DNA of 64,000 nt from an uncultured bacterium (GTDB lineage: Bacteria > Krumholzibacteriota > Krumholzibacteriia > Krumholzibacteriales > Krumholzibacteriaceae), in assembly GCA_963786935.1 (NCBI GenBank), contig CAWBAN010000001.1, positions 192,001 to 256,000 on the forward strand, in the 5' to 3' direction. The notes beneath the pieces are model-generated. The model saw only the letters and a program-made list of their open reading frames with translations. It made no database searches and was not told where the DNA came from. This document shows positions 59,102 to 64,000 of the stretch, piece by piece (positions within the stretch are counted from its first letter, which is position 1; the number at the start of each line of letters is the position of its first letter). The position numbers were made by a program, and so were the translations under genes.

Positions 59102-60298
59102 TTGAGGAAAAAGACTCTCAGGGACGTGGATCTCAAAGGCCGCAGGATCCTCATGCGCGTCGATTTCAACGTGCCGCTCTCGAAGGAAGGGAGCATCACG
59201 GACGACACGCGCGTGCGCGCCTCGCTTCCGAGCATCGATTACATCGCCGCGCAGGGCGGAAGCTGCGTGCTCATGTCGCACCTCGGCAGGCCGAAGGGGA
59301 AGAAGGACAAGACCTATACGCTGCGCCCCGTCGCCGATTGCCTCGGGGACCTCGTGAAGCACCCGGTACGCTTCGTCGAGGATTGCGTCGGGCCCGACGT
59401 GGAGAAGGCCGCCGCGGCGCTCCGTCCCGGCGAGATTCTCCTGCTCGAGAACGTGCGGTTCTACGCCGAGGAGGAGGCCAACGATCCCGGATTCGCCAAA
59501 CGGCTCGCCGCCTGCGGCGATCTCTACGCGAGCGACGCGTTCGGGACCGCGCATCGGGCGCACGCCTCGACGGTCGGCGTGACGAGCCATTTCAAGGATA
59601 AGGTGGCCGGTTTTCTCATGGAGAAGGAGATCGAGGCGCTCGAGGGACTCCTGTTGAATCCCGCGCGGCCGTTCGTCGCCATCCTCGGCGGCGCCAAGGT
59701 CTCGGGGAAGCTCGATCTCATCAAGAATCTGCTCGGCACGGTCGACCGCGTGCTCATCGGCGGCGGCATGGCGTTCACCTTCTTCAAGGCGGCCGGCCTC
59801 GAAATCGGCACGTCGATCGTCGACAACGATCTCGTCCCCCTCTGCCGCGAGGTGATGGAGCCGGACGGAGCGAAAGGGAAGCGCATCTTCCTGCCGGTCG
59901 ACTGCGTCGTCGCGAAGGAAGTGAGCGCCGCGGCCGAAAGCAAGGTTGTCTCGACGGGGGATATCCCCGAGGACTGGGCGGGCGTCGACATCGGCGACAA
60001 GACGGTCGACCTGTTCCGCGACGAGCTCATGAAGGCGAAAACGGTGTTCTGGAACGGCCCCATGGGCGTTTTCGAGATCCCGAACTTCTCGAACGGCACG
60101 AAGAAGATCGCGCGGATCATGGCCGAGATCACGAGGAAGGGGACGAAAACGGTCATCGGCGGCGGAGACTCCGTCGCCGCGCTGAATCAGCTCGGTCTCG
60201 CATCGAAGATCACGCATGTTTCCACGGGCGGGGGCGCCTCCCTCGAGCTCCTCGAGGGGAAGAAGCTCCCCGGCGTCGAGGCGCTGAGCGACCGGTAA
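59102..60298 (+). CDS. pgk: Phosphoglycerate kinase
   Basis: RVDFNVP, SHLGRP, AFGTAHRAHAS, WNGPMG and STGGGASL motifs; TTG start. Confidence 0.98.
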   Translation: MRKKTLRDVDLKGRRILMRVDFNVPLSKEGSITDDTRVRASLPSIDYIAAQGGSCVLMSHLGRPKGKKDKTYTLRPVADCLGDLVKHPVRFVEDCVGPDVEKAAAALRPGEILLLENVRFYAEEEANDPGFAKRLAACGDLYASDAFGTAHRAHASTVGVTSHFKDKVAGFLMEKEIEALEGLLLNPARPFVAILGGAKVSGKLDLIKNLLGTVDRVLIGGGMAFTFFKAAGLEIGTSIVDNDLVPLCREVMEPDGAKGKRIFLPVDCVVAKEVSAAAESKVVSTGDIPEDWAGVDIGDKTVDLFRDELMKAKTVFWNGPMGVFEIPNFSNGTKKIARIMAEITRKGTKTVIGGGDSVAALNQLGLASKITHVSTGGGASLELLEGKKLPGVEALSDR

Positions 60299-60299
60299 T

Positions 60300-61052
60300 A
60301 TGAGACGGAAGATACTGGCCGGAAATTGGAAAATGAACCTGGATCACGTGGCGGGCGCCGCGCTCGCGCGGGAGATCCGCCGCGGGGTGGAGTCCGCCCC
60401 GTCCGCATGCGACGTGGTCCTCATTCCTTCCTTCACCACGCTTCCCGCCGTCGCCGAGGCGGTGCGCGGCTCGTCCGTGAAGACGGGCGCGCAGGATATC
60501 TATTTCGAGGACGAGGGGGCCTACACCGGCGAGATATCCGGGGGGATGCTCCGCGCCCTCGGCTGCGCGTACGCGCTCGTCGGCCATTCCGAGCGGCGGC
60601 ACGTCATCGGGGAAACGGACGCCGTCATCGCCCGGAAGCTCCGCGCCGCGCTTCGCGCCGGACTCGTCCCGATCCTGTGCGTGGGAGAGCTCCTCGCGGA
60701 GCGGGAGGCCGGCACGGCGATCGAAGTCGTCACCGGCCAGGTTCGGGACGCGTGCGGCGGTCTCGCGCCGGAGGAGTTCTCGCGGGTCGTCGTCGCGTAC
60801 GAACCCGTGTGGGCGATCGGAACGGGCAAAACCGCCACTCCGAAGGACGCCTCCGAGATGCACGGCGTGATACGGATCGTCATCCGGGAGCTTTTCGGAA
60901 CCGCCGCTTCCGAGAACGCGGGGCTACTGTACGGGGGGAGCGCCAAAGCTGACAATGCCCCGGCGCTTCTCGCGGAGCCTGAAGTCGACGGCCTCCTCGT
61001 CGGGGGGGCCTCCCTCAAGGCATCGAGCTTCCTCGGCATGATTCCCCGCTAA
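60300..61052 (+). CDS. tpiA: Triosephosphate isomerase
   Basis: AGNWKMN, GHSERR, AYEPVWAIGTG and LVGGASL motifs. Confidence 0.98.
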   Translation: MRRKILAGNWKMNLDHVAGAALAREIRRGVESAPSACDVVLIPSFTTLPAVAEAVRGSSVKTGAQDIYFEDEGAYTGEISGGMLRALGCAYALVGHSERRHVIGETDAVIARKLRAALRAGLVPILCVGELLAEREAGTAIEVVTGQVRDACGGLAPEEFSRVVVAYEPVWAIGTGKTATPKDASEMHGVIRIVIRELFGTAASENAGLLYGGSAKADNAPALLAEPEVDGLLVGGASLKASSFLGMIPR

Positions 61053-61068
61053 TTGCTTGATAAATCAT

Positions 61069-61097
61069 TTGACTGCGGGGGAAGTTTTCATTAGACT
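61069..61097 (+). promoter_or_regulatory. Sigma70-type promoter for secG-tRNA
   Basis: TTGACT (61069-61074), 17-nt spacer, TAGACT (61092-61097). Confidence 0.6.
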
Positions 61098-61124
61098 ACT
61101 GTTTTTGAAAAGGCTGGTGGAGGA

Positions 61125-61574
61125 ATGCTCTTCAATATCGTTCTGGCGCTGCATCTTCTTGGCTGCGTGCTGCTTACGATAGTGGTGCTCATGCAGTCGA
61201 GCAAGGGGGGCGCTCTGTCGGCGGCATTCGGCGGCAGCTCAGGACAGATCTTCGGCGGTCGCGAGACCGCGACGTTTCTCGGCAAGGCGACCCAGTACTT
61301 GGCGATTCTTTTCTTCCTGACGTCCCTTTCTCTCGCGTTTTTATCGACGGGGAGGGGCGCCGGAACCGGCAGGGAATCGAGCCCGCTGCGGAGAGCCGCG
61401 TCCCAGCAGTGGGGGACGGTCGCTCCCGAGGATCAGAAGAACATCGAGGACGTGCTCGGAAACGTGCCCCAGCCGGGCCAGGAAGCCCAAGGCGGCGCCG
61501 CACAGAGCAGCCCGCAGGGTGGGAGCCAGGGGAAACCCGCGGAGGCGCAGAAGCCGAACCCGGGGGGCAAGTAA
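61125..61574 (+). CDS. secG: Preprotein translocase subunit SecG
   Basis: VLMQSSKGGALSAAFGG and FLGKAT motifs; conserved tpiA-secG-tRNA-Leu synteny. Confidence 0.93.
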   Translation: MLFNIVLALHLLGCVLLTIVVLMQSSKGGALSAAFGGSSGQIFGGRETATFLGKATQYLAILFFLTSLSLAFLSTGRGAGTGRESSPLRRAASQQWGTVAPEDQKNIEDVLGNVPQPGQEAQGGAAQSSPQGGSQGKPAEAQKPNPGGK

Positions 61575-61603
61575 GAGGTTCCCCCTTCGAGATACCGAAT
61601 TGT

Positions 61604-61685
61604 GCCGGGGTGGTGGAATTGGCAGACACGCTACTTTGAGGGGGTAGTGGGGCGACCCGTGCGGGTTCAAATCCCGCCCCCGGCA
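61604..61685 (+). tRNA. tRNA-Leu(GAG), CCA not encoded
   Basis: Acceptor stem GCCGGGG/CCCCGGC plus A; D-arm TGGTGGAATTGGCAGACAC; anticodon arm CTACT-TTGAGGG-GGTAG; long variable arm; T-loop GGTTCAAATCC. Confidence 0.95.
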
Positions 61686-61696
61686 TTTGAAATTCT

Positions 61697-61727
61697 CGGG
61701 GCTTCTCAAAGCCCCCGTTTTTTATTT
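61697..61727 (+). terminator. Rho-independent terminator after tRNA-Leu
   Basis: CGGGGCTT-loop-AAGCCCCCG followed by a T-run. Confidence 0.75.
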
Positions 61728-61763
61728 TCACGGCGGGCCGTCCCGCCGCCGAAGCAGGGGATC

Positions 61764-62267
61764 ATGATCGAGTTCATCGAAGCTCAAGCAGGCGCGCTCA
61801 TCGTCGCGGCTCTCGCGATCGCGGTCGCCGCTCTCGCGTGCGTCGTCGTGGTGCTCGCGCAGCTCGCGCGGCTCAAACGCCCCTTCCGCGGCATGGCGGA
61901 GGTTTACGACAAGAAAGGCTCCGAGGCGGCGCTCGAGGAGCTTCTCAGGGGGGTCGACGAGAACCGCGAGTTTCTGCGCGGCCATTCCGAGGAGATCAAG
62001 CGGATTCTCCATCTGCTCGCGGGCTGCTACAGCGGAACCGGGCTCGTCAAGTACAACGCCTTCGAGGATATCGGCGGCATGCAGAGCTATTCCCTCTGTC
62101 TTCTCACCCGGGAGAAAAACGGCTATATCCTGACGAATCTCGTCGGGAGGACCTCGACGCGCGGGTACGCGCTCGATATTCGCGACGGGAAGCCGTCGCG
62201 GAAGCTGAGCGAAGAGGAGCAGGAAGCGCTCGAGGTCGCGATGAGGTCCTTCGCGGCGACCGCCTGA
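61764..62267 (+). CDS. DUF4446-like membrane-anchored protein
   Basis: N-terminal TM; GLVKYNAFEDIGGMQSYSL..NGYILT..GR..RGYA..LSEEE pattern. Confidence 0.7.
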   Translation: MIEFIEAQAGALIVAALAIAVAALACVVVVLAQLARLKRPFRGMAEVYDKKGSEAALEELLRGVDENREFLRGHSEEIKRILHLLAGCYSGTGLVKYNAFEDIGGMQSYSLCLLTREKNGYILTNLVGRTSTRGYALDIRDGKPSRKLSEEEQEALEVAMRSFAATA

Positions 62268-62288
62268 GCGGTCGAATGCCGGGCCGAA

Positions 62289-62951
62289 TCACCGCCGGAA
62301 CGAATCGTCGTCCCCGCCCCGCCCCGATCCGATCTTCTGGAAGAATCTCCGTATGCGATGAGCGCCCCTGAGGTAGATGAATCCCGCCGCCATTCCGCCG
62401 AGATGGGCGAAATGGGCGATGCCGTCCCGGCCCGAAAACCCGTACGCGAACTCGATGATCGTCATGAAGATGACGAGCGTGCGGGCGCGGACGGGGAGGA
62501 GCCCCCAGACGTAGATCTCGGCATAGGGGAACAGGATGGCGTACGCGAGGAGGATCCCGTAGCCGGCCCCCGAGGCGCCGATGACCGTCGTGTTGAAAGA
62601 AAAGAGAAAGCTGAGGGCCGCGCCGCCGAAACCGCAGAGGAAATAGTAATTGAGGAACCGGTTGCCGCCCCAGACGCTCTCGAGGGGCGAGCCGAACATC
62701 CAGATGATGAACATGTTGAGGATGAGGTGCCAGATGTCCCCGTGCAGGAACATGTAGGTGACGATCTGCCAGATCCAGCCCCTCGTGACGACGAGCCTCG
62801 GCGTGAGCCCGAACATCTCGATGAACGCGGTTCGGGCGAGGATCATCTCGATCACGTAGATGATGACGTTGATGACGATGATCTGGTTGACGACGCTGCC
62901 GGTCAGAAAATCGACGACCGGATTCGACGAGCGCCTGCGATAGTAAGGCAT
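62289..62951 (-). CDS. Rhomboid-family intramembrane serine protease
   Basis: WQIVTYMFLHGDIWHLILNM, GASG and AHFAHLGG motifs. Confidence 0.92.
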   Translation of the reverse strand: MPYYRRRSSNPVVDFLTGSVVNQIIVINVIIYVIEMILARTAFIEMFGLTPRLVVTRGWIWQIVTYMFLHGDIWHLILNMFIIWMFGSPLESVWGGNRFLNYYFLCGFGGAALSFLFSFNTTVIGASGAGYGILLAYAILFPYAEIYVWGLLPVRARTLVIFMTIIEFAYGFSGRDGIAHFAHLGGMAAGFIYLRGAHRIRRFFQKIGSGRGGDDDSFRR

Positions 62952-62986
62952 TTCGGCCGTTCCCCCGTTTCGGACGACGATGCCTC

Positions 62987-63015
62987 ATAATAATGCATCG
63001 GATGGCGGCGGGCAA
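62987..63015 (-). promoter_or_regulatory. Possible sigma70 promoter for the minus-strand rhomboid gene
   Basis: On the minus strand: TTGCCC, 17-nt spacer, TATTAT. Confidence 0.4.
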
Positions 63016-63081
63016 CGGGGGAGAGGAACTATTTTTTGGCTCGACCGTTGCATAGCCGTGTGTTAGCTTTCAGCCAGCGAG

Positions 63082-63966
63082 GTGATGCCCGTGCTTAAGA
63101 TGTTACTCGTCGCAACGTTGATTCTCGCCTCGGCACCGGGGATAACCGAGGGAAAGACCTGGATCGTTCCGTCGATGGCGCCCACGATCAAGGCAGCCGT
63201 CGATTCCTGCGCGGTCTCGGGGGACGCCATCTCCATCACGGGGGGCGTGTACCACGAGGGCTCGATCGTCGTGGACGGAAAGAACATTTCGATAAGTCCA
63301 GCCGCCAGCGCGACGGTCATCGTGATCGCGCCTTCGGCGGGGATCGGGACGGGCTTCGTGTTCAGGAACACGAGCGGCGGTTCGATCATCAGCCTTATCG
63401 TGAGAGAATTCGGCACCGCGGTCGCCGTCGAAAACGCCTCTCCTTTGTTTCAATTCATGTCGCTGAAGTCGTGCACGAAGGGCTTGACCGTCGCGGGAGC
63501 CTCCACGGCGATTTTCAACTACAGCATCGTCGATTCGTGCGTCACGGGCATCGAGGTTCAGGCCGGCTCGGTCACCCTCCAGAACGAAACGATCGTGCGC
63601 TGCGGGACGGGCGTGAGGTTCCTCGGCGGAAGCACGACCATGACCCGATCGATCGTATACGGCTGCACGACGGGCGTGCAGTGCTCCGGCGGAGGCGCGA
63701 CCCTCGGTTGCAACGACTTCTGGGTGAATGGAGCGAACTACGACGCGTGCGCGGCGGGAACGAACGATTTCGATCTCGATCCGAAATTCTGCTTCTGGGC
63801 GTCGAGCGGCGGTCCCTATCAGCTTCACTCCACTTCGCCCTGCTTCGTGGTCGCGCTGAATCCATGCAACGTGAAAATCGGCGCCATCACGTCCCCCCTC
63901 GCGGGCTGCTTGGGCACGGCGGTGGAGCGCTCGAACTGGGGATCGATCAAGAACATCTACCGCTGA
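63082..63966 (+). CDS. Secreted right-handed beta-helix-like, Cys-rich protein with C-terminal WGxIKxxYR motif
   Basis: Signal peptide; PTIKAAVD..GD.I....GVYHE pectin-lyase-like start; repeated C..G(I/V) turns; DPKFC..YQL..SPC; ends TAVERSNWGSIKNIYR. Confidence 0.72.
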   Translation: MMPVLKMLLVATLILASAPGITEGKTWIVPSMAPTIKAAVDSCAVSGDAISITGGVYHEGSIVVDGKNISISPAASATVIVIAPSAGIGTGFVFRNTSGGSIISLIVREFGTAVAVENASPLFQFMSLKSCTKGLTVAGASTAIFNYSIVDSCVTGIEVQAGSVTLQNETIVRCGTGVRFLGGSTTMTRSIVYGCTTGVQCSGGGATLGCNDFWVNGANYDACAAGTNDFDLDPKFCFWASSGGPYQLHSTSPCFVVALNPCNVKIGAITSPLAGCLGTAVERSNWGSIKNIYR

Positions 63967-64000
63967 TTCGCGGGCGAATCGATGGATCTGTTTCATAATC

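Noticed and set aside
2512..61039. Many long antisense and off-frame ORFs (e.g. 2512-4581, 4739-7636, 22807-25944, 26001-28820, 38649-41333)
   Set aside because: They shadow well-supported + strand genes, lack family motifs and are expected from high GC and strong codon bias.
1..64000. Frequent CTCGAG, TCGA and GCGATCGC words (HIP1-like)
   Set aside because: They are explained by preferred codons (CTC GAG, GCG ATC GCx) in coding frames; excess cannot be shown without a codon-shuffled count.
61604..64000. Genomic island integrated at tRNA-Leu
   Set aside because: No integrase, no repeat of the tRNA 3' end and no marked compositional shift within the window.

Overview
High-GC bacterial chromosomal segment. 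Almost all genes are on the + strand; one rhomboid gene is on the minus strand. I saw no mobile element, CRISPR array or rRNA. Gene order: a partial TPR protein, uvrA, the glycine cleavage genes gcvT-H-PA-PB with a lipoate ligase/LipM-like gene, and an Opp/Dpp-type permease+ATPase set. Next come a complete A/V-type ATPase operon whose K subunit has an Na+-binding signature, and an envelope block: TonB-dependent receptor, secreted protein with a T9SS-like C-terminal domain, PorV/PorQ-like barrel, GWxTD protein, ExbB-ExbD-ExbD-TonB, TolC-MacAB-type exporter and a second GWxTD protein. These are followed by a peptide ABC binding protein and permeases with an SH3/NlpC-P60 peptidase, a Tyr-rich outer-membrane protein with a long structured leader, rhomboid-TPR, radC-mreBCD-mrdA-rodA-lgt-comF, fba-gap-pgk-tpiA-secG-tRNA-Leu, a DUF4446-like gene, a second rhomboid, and a secreted beta-helix-like protein ending in a WGxIKxxYR motif. 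The gene content suggests a diderm FCB-superphylum lineage such as Latescibacterota/Krumholzibacteriota (inference only). The best candidate for an undescribed system is the TBDR/CTD-cargo/PorV/GWxTD/TonB-motor module. All calls come from motif recognition by eye; no database searches were run.
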